A stretch of DNA of 64,000 nucleotides, from NCBI GenBank assembly GCA_009103225.1, contig RHPI01000810.1:1614132-1678131 (forward strand), written 5' to 3'. Position 1 is the first letter of the stretch; every line of letters starts with the position of its first letter. The position numbers were made by a program, and so were the translations under genes. Under the pieces are notes generated by a model. That model was not told the DNA's origin, did no database searches, and was given only the letters and a program-made list of their open reading frames with translations. Below are positions 38,280-48,545 of the stretch, piece after piece. The stretch is from Chlorokybus atmophyticus (taxonomy: Eukaryota > Plantae > Mesostigma and Chlorokybus algae).

Positions 38280-41200
38280 CTCCTCCCCCCCCAGGTGAGC
38301 TTCGTCCTCGAAGCTCGCGAGGTTGTCGTCGAGCAAGATAGGCACGCACAACGTCTTGAGCATTAGTCAAGTGTGCCTCTGGCTCCCAGAATGCTTCATG
38401 CAACGGATAGCCCTTCCATTTCACTAAGAACTTGCGTACGCCATGCACAAACTTCTCACCAAGGATGTCTTCTACCTCCCACTCGGGTTCACCGTCCGTG
38501 CCAACTTCGGGGGGTGGCCTTTTTGGCGGTTGTCCTCGATATGCTTTCCGAAGGGAGACGTGAAAAACGGGGTGCACACGCATGGTGTCGGGTAGCTCCA
38601 ACTTGTACGCCACGTCCGAGATAACTTTGCTGACCTTAAATGGTCCCAACCAGCGTTCATTCAGCTTGCGAACTCCCGTACGCACCTGGACGTGCTTCGC
38701 GGAGAGTAACACAATGTCGCCTTCCTGAAACGTGAGGTGTCGGCGATGCGCGTCCGCGTACTGCTTCTGCCGATTTTGTGCCACCAATAACGCATCCCTA
38801 GCTGCCTTGTTAATGTCCGCGCACTTTGTAAGGAAGTCATTAGCTGCCTCCACACGCACGTCATGTCGTCGCGGTGTCCATGCCGTCAACGGTGTCAATG
38901 GATGTTGCCCGTAGTTCATAAGGAAGGGAGTGACACCTGTGCTTGCATTGTGGTGGTTGTTGATCGCAAACTCAACCAACTCAAGCAGCTCCTCCCAATT
39001 GTCTTGTCGCGCGTTAACGTAGCAACGCAGCATGTCCTCGATCACACGGTTGGCCCGCTCCGTTTGCCCATCAGTTTGCGGGTGGAATGCCGTGCTAAAC
39101 TTCAGTGTGGTACCCAGTGCACTATGCAGCGCCTCCCAAAACTTACTTGTAAAGCGCGGGTCGCGATCACTCACAATGCTTCGTGGTAATCCATGAGAAC
39201 GAAATACATGCTTCACGAACAAGCGTGCTGCCTCCGGTGCCGTGCAAGACTCACTACACGGTGCCAAGCGTACTATTTTGCTGGTTTTATCGACGAACAC
39301 AAGTATAGCGTCGTACCCTTCTTTTGTCTTTGGTAGCCCCGTGACAAAGTCCATGGTAACTTGCTCCCACTTGGACAATGGCACAGGGAGAGGTTGCAGC
39401 AACCCACCTGGCTTTTGGTTGCTTGCCTTCACCCTTTGGCATGCGTCGCACAACGCCACGTAGTCGCGCACATCGCGATGCATCTCTCGCCAGTAAAAAC
39501 GCTGTTTTAAGCTTGCCAAAGTCCTTTCCAACCCTTGGTGACCAGCAATGGGCACGTCATGAGCTTCCTTCAGCAACTTCACACGGATATGCGCGACGTT
39601 GGGGATGTACAAGCGCCCATGGTGCCACAGCAGCCCGTCGCGCATTGACCAGTGCCCACTTGTGTCCGTAGCTGTATTTTTCAGCTCTTGCAACACTTTC
39701 ATACCCTCCGTATCTTCACGAAGCACTTGCCGAATCTGGTCGGTCCACTCGGGCTGCATTTGAGCGAGTGCCTCAATTGCATTAAGCCGGCTCAGCGCGT
39801 CAGCAACACCATTTGACGTACCGGGCTTGTACTTGGTATCGAAGTCAAAAAGTTGAAAGAACTCAAGCCATCGAGCTTGTCTGCGACTCAGATGAGGTTG
39901 TGTTTGTAAGTACTTCAGTGGAGAGTGATCCGTCTCAAGCACGAACTTTTTGCCTTCCAGAAAACAACGCCATTGTCGTAGCGCCATGACTTGCGCTAAA
40001 AGTTCCTTCTCGTGCACGGGGTAATTCAGCTCCGCACCACTCATCTTCTTGCTGAAGAATGCTACTGGTTGAAGGCCGTTGCCATGGTCTTGCTGCAAAA
40101 CAGCTCCTACGACTGTGTCGGACGCGTTGCAAGCTAAAATAAATGTCCTTTCCATGTTGGGGTGAGCCAGGATCAGTGCCTCCGTCAGCGTCTTCTTCAA
40201 CGCAGCAAATGCATGTTCCTCTGTTGCTGACCAGCTCCAATGCTTTCCCTTCTTGAGTAGGGTAGTCAAGGGAGCAGCTATGCGCGAAAACCCCATGATA
40301 AACTTGCGATAATACCCCGCAAGGCCTAAAAAGGACATCACCTCCTTTACATTGGTCGGGGCAGCCCACTCGCGCACCACCTGCACTTTGTTGGGGTCCG
40401 GCTTGATGCCTTCATGCGACACAATGTGGCCTAGGTACTCCACCTCTCGAAGCAAGAATTTGCACTTCTGTAGCTGGGCGTACAACTTGTGTTCGCGCAA
40501 ACGCTGCAACACGCGCCGTAGAAGTGCCACGTGCTCCTCCTTTGTTGTCGCGTACACCAAAATGTCGTCGAGGTACACGAGGACTCCCTTACCTATTAAG
40601 TCAGCAAAAACGCTGTTCATAAGCGTTTGAAATGTTGACGGTGCGTTCGTAAGTCCGAAGGACATGACCAACCACTCGTAGTGCCCATAACGTGTGTTAA
40701 AAGCTGTTTTCTCCACATCCTCAAGCGCGATGCGAATTTCGTGATAACCTCCAGCAAGATCAAGTGTTGTAAAGTATTGCGCACCTTGCAATTGCTCCAG
40801 CAACTCGTCGATACGTGGGAGTGGAAAGCAATTCCTCTTCGTGATGTTGTTGAGAGCTCGGTAGTCGACGCACATGCGCAAGCTCCCGTTCTTCTTTCGT
40901 ACAAACAAAATAGGTGCACCATAGGGGGACTTACTAGGCCTGATGTAGCCTCTTTTCAGCAAGTCCGCCACCTGCCTCTCGGCCTCTTCCAGCTCCAAAG
41001 GTGACAACTTGTATACGGGTCGATACGGTGGCTTGTGCACGCCTTCAATCAGCTCCACACGGTGGTCGACGCTCCGTGGAGGTGGTAGACCAGATGGAAG
41101 TCCGTCCACCATGATATCTTGGTATTCTTTAACAAGTTTACACACCTCGGGGTCCATAGTAGCTGTCTGAACATCGTCACTCAGCTCCGGTGCTGACTTT

Positions 41201-42357
41201 GCAGTGTTTTCGCGCACCACGCACAACCATGCAGCCTTTGCCTTCCGTGGAGACAATAACTTCCTCAATTGCACATAAGAGATCTGGGCAATTGTCGTAC
41301 CACCTAATTGTGCGTGCCGCGCCTCGATGACGTCCGATGCAGCTTGAATGGACTCTCCACCGTTTCGTTCAATGGTGTTGACGCGACGATCACGCCGAGG
41401 GTTGCCATCCGGTGTTGGCCTTTGCATGCTTCGTCTGGGGCATCCGTACGCCAAATGCTCTGTCGACCCACACACATCACACTTGCACACACCTTTACCT
41501 CTTTCACCACGTCCGCCGTGCTTCGCCTCACTTCCATGCGTGTGTATGGCACCCACCTCCATTGGTGCAGGCCCAGAGTCAGCTCCACCTCCATTGGCAA
41601 GTGCTAAACTTGGTTCTCCTCGTCTCCATGCATGTTGAACGCCTCCCCGGGGCCGATCACCATGCCTTTGCCTCCAGTCACTGTTTCTTGTGGTGGACTT
41701 GAAGTACAACGCATCGAGACGCTCCGCGATGCGTATAGCCTCCGCGAGTGTCTTCGAGTCCCGTAGCTCCACTTCTTTACGCCCCAAAGGTTTTAAACCA
41801 CGTGTATACCTGTCCAACTGCTCCTCCTCGGTCATGTTGGGTATGGACATCACCAATCGCTGAAACGCGGCCGTGTACGCCATCACCGACCCCATTTGCA
41901 CAAGGGCTGCAAGTTTGTCGCGTGCGGCCTTCACGCTCTCAACGGGAACAAATTGATGCCTGACCTCCAGTGCCAACTCTTCCATGGTGGTCAATGGTTG
42001 CGCCAACCCGTTTGCAACACGCGTACATCGATGCCTCCACGACACAAGTGCTGCACCTTCAAGCAATGTCGCTGCAACCTCCACGTGCAGATGCGTGGGC
42101 ACCTCCGTGAGCTTCAACCAAAACGATACTTGAAAAACCCATTCATCCACTGCATCTCCATCACGTTGACCCCTAAATGGCTTGGGCTTTGGCACCTTCA
42201 CATGCACGCGCGAGCTTGATGCCATGGGAATTTGTACACGCGCCATCGCATGCTCATACGCCTCGCGTTGTGCTTGTGCCGCCGCTTGAGTGTGATGAAG
42301 CTCTTCCCTCAGTGCCAAGATGGCAGCTTGAAGCTCTTCCATGCGAGCATCCTCCAT
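38275..42357 (-). CDS. Gag-RT-RNaseH-integrase-chromodomain polyprotein, 1360 aa from the first ATG, no aspartic protease motif
   Basis: CDVCGSTEHLAYGC; YLDDILV; ACNASDTVVGAVL; AHDVPIAGH...CDACQR; MDFVTGLP...DRDPRF...QTERAN; GPFKV; EWEVEDIL...FLVKWKGYPLHEAFWEP. Confidence 0.96.
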   Translation of the reverse strand: MEDARMEELQAAILALREELHHTQAAAQAQREAYEHAMARVQIPMASSSRVHVKVPKPKPFRGQRDGDAVDEWVFQVSFWLKLTEVPTHLHVEVAATLLEGAALVSWRHRCTRVANGLAQPLTTMEELALEVRHQFVPVESVKAARDKLAALVQMGSVMAYTAAFQRLVMSIPNMTEEEQLDRYTRGLKPLGRKEVELRDSKTLAEAIRIAERLDALYFKSTTRNSDWRQRHGDRPRGGVQHAWRRGEPSLALANGGGADSGPAPMEVGAIHTHGSEAKHGGRGERGKGVCKCDVCGSTEHLAYGCPRRSMQRPTPDGNPRRDRRVNTIERNGGESIQAASDVIEARHAQLGGTTIAQISYVQLRKLLSPRKAKAAWLCVVRENTAKSAPELSDDVQTATMDPEVCKLVKEYQDIMVDGLPSGLPPPRSVDHRVELIEGVHKPPYRPVYKLSPLELEEAERQVADLLKRGYIRPSKSPYGAPILFVRKKNGSLRMCVDYRALNNITKRNCFPLPRIDELLEQLQGAQYFTTLDLAGGYHEIRIALEDVEKTAFNTRYGHYEWLVMSFGLTNAPSTFQTLMNSVFADLIGKGVLVYLDDILVYATTKEEHVALLRRVLQRLREHKLYAQLQKCKFLLREVEYLGHIVSHEGIKPDPNKVQVVREWAAPTNVKEVMSFLGLAGYYRKFIMGFSRIAAPLTTLLKKGKHWSWSATEEHAFAALKKTLTEALILAHPNMERTFILACNASDTVVGAVLQQDHGNGLQPVAFFSKKMSGAELNYPVHEKELLAQVMALRQWRCFLEGKKFVLETDHSPLKYLQTQPHLSRRQARWLEFFQLFDFDTKYKPGTSNGVADALSRLNAIEALAQMQPEWTDQIRQVLREDTEGMKVLQELKNTATDTSGHWSMRDGLLWHHGRLYIPNVAHIRVKLLKEAHDVPIAGHQGLERTLASLKQRFYWREMHRDVRDYVALCDACQRVKASNQKPGGLLQPLPVPLSKWEQVTMDFVTGLPKTKEGYDAILVFVDKTSKIVRLAPCSESCTAPEAARLFVKHVFRSHGLPRSIVSDRDPRFTSKFWEALHSALGTTLKFSTAFHPQTDGQTERANRVIEDMLRCYVNARQDNWEELLELVEFAINNHHNASTGVTPFLMNYGQHPLTPLTAWTPRRHDVRVEAANDFLTKCADINKAARDALLVAQNRQKQYADAHRRHLTFQEGDIVLLSAKHVQVRTGVRKLNERWLGPFKVSKVISDVAYKLELPDTMRVHPVFHVSLRKAYRGQPPKRPPPEVGTDGEPEWEVEDILGEKFVHGVRKFLVKWKGYPLHEAFWEPEAHLTNAQDVVRAYLARRQPRELRGRSSPGGGGV

Positions 42358-42451
42358 CTCCACTAACACACTACACTCCGCTTCCGAATGAAAAGTGTAA
42401 ACGCCCACACACTTCCTCTCTCACCTTCGTAAACCTTGCTCCGAAACCAGT

Positions 42452-43123
42452 TGTGACGGTGCTCGTGCCTTGTCACCTGTGAGTTGGTCCAATCCACAAC
42501 CCTCTCACCAAGACACGGTATTCACATCGGAACCTTGCCCCCTCTGCCAAGCACACACGCGCGCCCCGCCACTCGCGTACGCACGCGCATGCGCTCGAAG
42601 CTACACACCGACTTGTATAGCGCCTTGGATCGTCACACAAGCAAGCGCACACCAGTGGACACACGCTAGCAACCCCTTCTAGCCACCACCAAGCTTGCAC
42701 ACAAGAAACTAGGGAGCTAAAGGTTCTATTGCAAATTGTAGAATGTCACTTTTATACCTACCAGTCTGCACATGCTACTGTCTAGCCGATTCTAGCGCTA
42801 GACGGAACTAGAAGCTAAGATATCCTTGCAGAATCTTGTAGTACACTTCTAGACCTTTCCAACGCACCAAAGATCTCCTAATTTGCTGCTCATATGGTCA
42901 AGTTATACTACTTGGCGCCAGGCCCTTCCAGAAATCTGGTCGAGCCCTTCTCGACTGGCCCTCCGTTTTCTGGCACCTTCCGGACTGGTCTTGGGGCCCC
43001 GGTCGATATCCGCGGCAGACTCATAACTCGCCGATATCCGCCACAAGTCATTAAAAACATGTACCTTACAAATAAGGCCTAAAACGGCCATGAAAATCAC
43101 AGAATTTGGCCTTGACTGTTACA
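42452..43123 (-). repeat. 5' LTR of element C
   Basis: Followed on the minus strand by AC plus the PBS. Confidence 0.97.
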
Positions 43124-43285
43124 CCCATGGTGACAAGTGCTTTGTGCAGCTGGTCTGCTGCTGCTGGGTAGTACGGGCAGGTGGAGTCGGTGTTCTCCCT
43201 AATGTACATGCTGTGCTGTAGCACACAAAATCAACAAGCCACCCCCCTGGGCTTTGGGGGAGGTTCCAGCTCCATAGCTCAGCTG

Positions 43286-43480
43286 CTAACGCAAGTGAGG
43301 AGGGCCGTTGGTACGGCAATCGTCGCACCAATACTCCTCCATAGGTATCGCGTCCAAAGGTGGCTCTAGGCAGTAGCAATGCAGGCCATTGTTGCAGCCA
43401 TCGCAGAGCATCATGAGTGCGTCGTCGCCGGCGCTGCCGCAGCGTTCACAGCGTGTGCTGCGCGCGGGACGAGGGTGGTG
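43286..43480 (-). pseudogene. PHD finger at the C-terminus of element B pol, in frame with integrase across one TAA at 43681-43679
   Basis: CERCGSAGDDALMMLCDGCNNGLHCYCLEPPLDAIPMEEYWCDDC (C4HC3). Confidence 0.93.
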
Positions 43481-46400
43481 GATACGCCCGGAGCCGGCTA
43501 CGTAGGGAAGGTGACATGGCGCACAGTTCACCATGTTGTCCTTCAACCTCTCGCCGTTTTGACCAAGGAGGTCCAGCACCCCTGTGGGGTACACTTTGAG
43601 TACTTTGTAGACGGTGCGGCCTACGGAGGTGTCAAGCGTGTCTTTGGTGGCTGCCATGCGATAGGCAAAGTCCCCCGCTTAGAACAGCCGTTGGCGCTCT
43701 TCGTAGAAGCCGCTGCGTACGCGTTCGTAGCGCAGCGTGTCGTGATGCTGCGCGATGCGCAGGCTGTTGAAGGCCATGGGGACGGTGCGCTCGAAAAGCG
43801 CTGCGCGCGTGGTGATGTCGTGGTGCATCCAGTCAGGGTCGTCGAGGTTGTTCACGACGCGATCCACCTCCTGCTGCGCACGGAAGGGGAGCAATGGTGG
43901 TCGCCCGAACAGCAGGTAGTACGGGCTGTACTCCCGCAGAGCCGCCTGCCTTGACAATCGATACCCAAGGGCCACCCACGAGAGGTGGTCATCCCAAGTG
44001 TTCTTCTCGTACTCCAGCACGTATTTGCGGAGTGCCTTCTCGATGGTCTGTACTGTACGCTCGGCGAGGCCGTCGGCTTGAGGGTGATCACGCGAGGTAC
44101 GGCGGTGGTCGATGTAACATTTGTCCAAGAGGGTGTCGAATTCCCCTCTAAACTTAATACCTTGGTCAGTGATGACCTCGGCGCAGCTGCCAAATCGGCT
44201 GAGAACGTGAGAGAGGAAGGCTTGAGACACCCCCCTGCTGCTCTTGTCGGGTAATGGTACCAGCTCCACCCATTTGGAGAAGTGCTCGATCATGACCAGG
44301 ATGTACCGATTGCCACGCGTTGAGGGTGCCAAGTCCCCCAAGATGTCGAGTCCCCATCGGTAAAAGAGACCGGAGATGGGGAGTGGGTGCAAGGTGGCGC
44401 TACGCGTGTTGAGGCTGGCGCGCACCATGTCACACTGCTGGCAGTGGCTGACGAACCCCTGCACCTGTTTTGTTAACCCATACCACCAATATTGTGCCCG
44501 CACTAGGCTGACTGTACGCTTGACACCGAAGTGTCCAAGCTCAGTGTGGAGGGAAGTGATAATGCCCTCGCGCGTGCCCGGTGTCGGCACGTCCTTGTCT
44601 TCGTCGTGGAAGCGGCGATACAGCTTGTCACCTGCCCATCGATAGTGACGGGTGCGTTGGTTGACTCGGTCCTTCTCTCGGGCGCTCATGCTGGAGGGAA
44701 GCTGGCCACTTTGGAGAAAAGAGAGTGATGGCTTGTCCTGCCATATGTCCTGCCTGGTGTCAGTGGGCGCCAGCTCTGTGTTATCGACGTCAATCGGTCG
44801 GCTGCGTGGGCGTCTCTCAAGGGTGTGGTTGCCGCAGGGCGGGTAGGCTCCAGGGCAGGAATTTCCTCTGCCACTGCTGAGGCCGTGGTGTTGGTCTTGC
44901 GCCCTGAGCACAACGCGGCAGCAACAAACATGGCTGCCATGGTGGGGGCTATTGCTGCAAGGACGAGCTCATGCCGAGCTCCAGTTGCATCGTAGGTGCT
45001 GAGGTGAGGGTTGCAATTGAGGCCATCGGCGTCTTAGTTGGTGAGGCCAGCGCGGTGGTCGATCTCAAAGTCGTACTCCTGCAACAGCAGGGCCCATCGA
45101 GCAAGTTTCTTTGTCAAATGTTGGTTGGTCATCAGCCATGTGAGGGGCTAATAATCGGTGATCAGTTGGAACTGTCGACCAAAGAGGAAAGGTCGGAAGA
45201 AGGCAATGGCCCACACTGCAGCGAGGCACTCCCCTTCGCAACTGCTGTAGTTGGCCTTGGCGCTGTTGTTGCTTCGGCTGGCGTATGACACCACCCGCTC
45301 CTTCTTGTTCTCATCGTGCTGCACCAGCATTGCTCCCATTCCCAGCTTGCTCCAGTCGGTGTGAAGGATAACAGGCTTGGCGTAGTCCGGACGTTGAAGG
45401 ATGGGAGCGGTGGTGAGCCTGCTCTTCAGCTCCTCGAAGGCCTGCTGTTGCGGCTCATTCTATGCGAGATCCATCTCCTTCTTCAGTAGCTAGTTGAGGG
45501 GCCTTGCGATCTTCGCCAAGTCCTTCACGAACCGGCGATAGTAGTTGGCAAGTCCCAAGAAAGCGCGCAGACGTGTGAGGTCTGTCGGGGCAGGGATAGC
45601 TGCTAGAGCCTCTACTTTTGCCAGCTGCACATACACACCATGGGGCACAATTATGTGCCCTAAGTACAGCACCTTGTGGGTGAAGAAGGTACACTTGTCG
45701 GGGTGTACGGTCATCCCCACTCCCTTGAGGCGTTCCAGCACCGCTTCGATGTGCTGAAGATGCTCTTCGCTGCTGCGGCTGAAGATGAGGATGTCATCGA
45801 TGTAGCACCGCGCGCAGTCCAGCCCCTTCAAGGCCTTGTCCATGACGCGTTAAAACTTGGCGGGGGCATTCTTCAGCCCGAACGGCATTACCTTCCATTG
45901 GTACAACTGTCGGTTGCCCCAGAAGGAGGTCTTGTTCTTGTCCTCGTCCTTGATGGCGATTTGGTTGTACCCTTGACGCATGTCCAGGATGCTGAAGACT
46001 GTGCAGTCTCCCACATCATCAAGATACCCTCTGCAGTGGGCATGGGGTACCTGTCTTGCTTGGTCTTGTTGTTGAGGGGGCGATAGTCGCCACACATGCG
46101 TCGCTCTGTCCAGTTGCCTGCCGAATCCTTCTTCAGTGGCATGACGGTTGCCGCTGCGAAGTCCGATGTCGACTCTTCGATAAGGCCTGCATCAAGCAGC
46201 GCCTTACATCTCTGTTCCACCAGGTCCTCTTCCAACTTGGAGAGCCTGTATTGCCGTCGGAACACCCGCTCAGTGTCCACCAACTCGATGTCCATTTGGT
46301 ACACTGAGCACGTCCCTAATTCCTTCACATTGGAGCTGAATTGGCTCCTCCATTTGTTGAGGAGAGCCTCCAGCTTCTCTCGAGTGTCTTCTGTGGCTAA

Positions 46401-46589
46401 CGGGCCAATGGCATGGTCCCAGGAGGTTGCATTGGCGAGCACGGGAATGTCCTCCACTGTCACTGCTGCTTGCTCCTTCATGTGAACACCCTCGAGGGCT
46501 GTGTGAGCTGCCTTGGTGTCGGCTTCGCGATCAGCCCACCCCCCAACCAAGTGTTCGAGATCCTCGAAGGACACGTGGCGGTCCTGCAA

Positions 46590-47615
46590 TGCGAAGCTCA
46601 GCTCCAGCAGCCATACCATGCTGTTCTGGTCCATGACGCGGCTAAGCAGCTGGCATTGCTGACTATTTGTCATCGACGAGCCCGTGATGCTGTTGGGGAA
46701 GAATCCCATGGCGCGTTCACGTTCGCGTGCGTTGGGTTCCTCCAGCCTGTTGGTGGTCGCATCGAACACCATCTTGTCACCACCGTTCCAAAATGCGTAG
46801 GAGCCTGGGTAGGACACCAATGTGGGGAGTGCGCGACGGGGTTGACCGGGCTGATTGCACGGGTAGAAGTGGTGGTGGTCATGACGCAGCACAGGTTGTG
46901 CTGTGCGGCTAGGGTCAAGGATGTCATCGACCAGCAGGTTGCGCGGCCAAGCGCTGCGCGTGTATTCTGCGGTCATGAGTTCCTCCACGGTGGCCAACGG
47001 TGACACTGTAAGTCAACAAGCCACTACTATAGGTAGTGCTGTTTACACAGTTCTTTGCATGAGTGGAAGTGGTGGTGGTCATGATGCAGGACAGGTTGTG
47101 CTGTGCGGCCGGGGTCAAGGATGTCATCGATTAGCAGGTTGCGCGGCCGAGCGCTGCGCGTGTATTCTGCGGTCATGAGTTCCTCCACGGTGGCCAAGTT
47201 TGTCCACTTGGCACGTACACAATGTGCGCGCGAGCCATGTCGTGCAGCGTTCACCTTGAGTGGGTGCCCCAAAATGGAGCAAACTTGTTGGTAGCTGGAG
47301 GCCACGTGCGGACGCTTGTCGTCCTTTGAATGCACATTTTCAATGATGTATCCCAGGGGTCTGGAGATCTGGTGGTGTTGAAGGAGGTGGATGATTCATC
47401 AACTCCCAAAACAGCTCTGAGCGAGGGTGTTTAAAGGCCTTGCCCCTTGCCTGCCCTGGAGTGCCCTTGGCATTCCCATCCAGCTATTAATAGGTTGACG
47501 TTGCCGAGGGACAGTAGGTGATCTTCAGTGATCAGCCGGATGTCTTGTGGCAACGCTTTGAGGCTGCCTTGCAACGCCGAGAGGGGTAGTTGACGTGAAT
47601 ACCTTGCGTGCAATC
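46590..47615 (-). pseudogene. C5 cytosine DNA methyltransferase domain inside element B pol, disrupted
   Basis: LPQDIRLI (motif III), LLIAGWECQGHSRAGKGQGL (IV, Cys codon 47472-47470), HPRSELFWEL (V), GYIIENV (VI), NAARHGSRAHCVRAKWTNL (VIII), EPNARERERAMGF (IX), QQCQLLSRVMD (X). Motif I not seen. Confidence 0.88.
46866..47197. repeat. 132-bp direct duplication (46866-46997 and 47066-47197) separated by a 68-bp insert
   Basis: Period exactly 200 bp, about 7 mismatches; the insert matches 35736-35802 in inverted orientation. Confidence 0.92.
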
Positions 47616-48439
47616 ATCTCGTCCGACCAGATGCCAGACTTGGCAGCTTAGTAGCACATCTTAGAGTCGAACTTGACGATGAAGTTCTCCAGATTGGTGG
47701 TGCCGAGGCGGCTAAGAAGTACAAAGCATGGGTGTTGCCAAGGGCCTCCATGTCGTCGATATCGTTGTCGACTATGTGTGAATGGCAATGGTGACCTGGA
47801 GGGGAGTGACGCGAGCTGTGTGACAACGATGGACGGGAACCGTAGCTGCTGCCGAAATCCTCTGCACCGTAGCTCAATTATCGATTGTCGGAGAGGCACC
47901 GGTCGAAATGGCCCCCCAACAGTTCGGCCTTGCCCTCAACTGAAAATGGAGATCCAGCTATAACTTAATTTGGGATCCGCAAGTAAGCAACGAATCGGAT
48001 TTTGCATTGTTACCTATTGCAGCCACAACTTAGTTTGATATTTGGCTGCCATTAAGGTCAAGTAGTTGGTGTGCATTAAGTTCGGTATCCGTCTTTTTTG
48101 AACTTAGCTTTGTTCACATCCTGTACTATTTTCTTATTGGATCATGTATTAAGGGGATCAAACTTAATGCGTGATCTAACCCCAAAATATTAATGTTGGC
48201 CGCAGTTCGCGGCAAAAACCCAAAAAGTCGCATTGCTGCGGGATTTGCGACCACGTTGCCGGATTTTAAACCTTTGGGGATGCGTCTGTCGGGTTTGCAA
48301 GCAACGACCTACGACCTAAACTCTGACCGACTAGAATACAATGACATAAGACACGCCGAATGGCGAGTATAAGTAATATCACATTTTTTAGCTGTCGCAA
48401 GAATTGTTGGACGGACTGCATCCATGGATATAGTGGTTG

Positions 48440-48545
48440 TACATATATATGTTTATATATATGTACATATACGTATGCATATACAATATATATATATATA
48501 CATGTATATACATCTATAGGCCGGTAGCCGTTTATGTATATATGG
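48440..48545. repeat. Degenerate (TA)n/(TATACA)n microsatellite in an AT-rich block (about 47960-49750)
   Basis: Direct inspection. Confidence 0.85.

Larger units (their letters stand above)
37608..43123 (-). mobile_element. Element C: Ty3/gypsy chromovirus LTR retrotransposon, both LTRs present
   Basis: Two 672-bp TG...CA LTRs, about 14 mismatches by eye; PBS TGGTTTCGGAGC 42449-42438; PPT GGGGGGGGAGGAG 38292-38280; single gag-pol ORF. Confidence 0.97.
43124..47960 (-). mobile_element. Element B: degenerate Ty3/gypsy with order gag fragment - C5 DNA methyltransferase - RT - RNaseH - integrase - PHD finger; 5' end not found
   Basis: RT RRMCGDYRPLN, VMPFGLKNAPA, CYIDDIL; RNaseH HTDWSKLGMGAML; integrase HTELGH...CQQCD, WGLDIL, TDQG, ERTVQ; purine tract AGGGGGG before TG at 43241. 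Confidence 0.92.
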
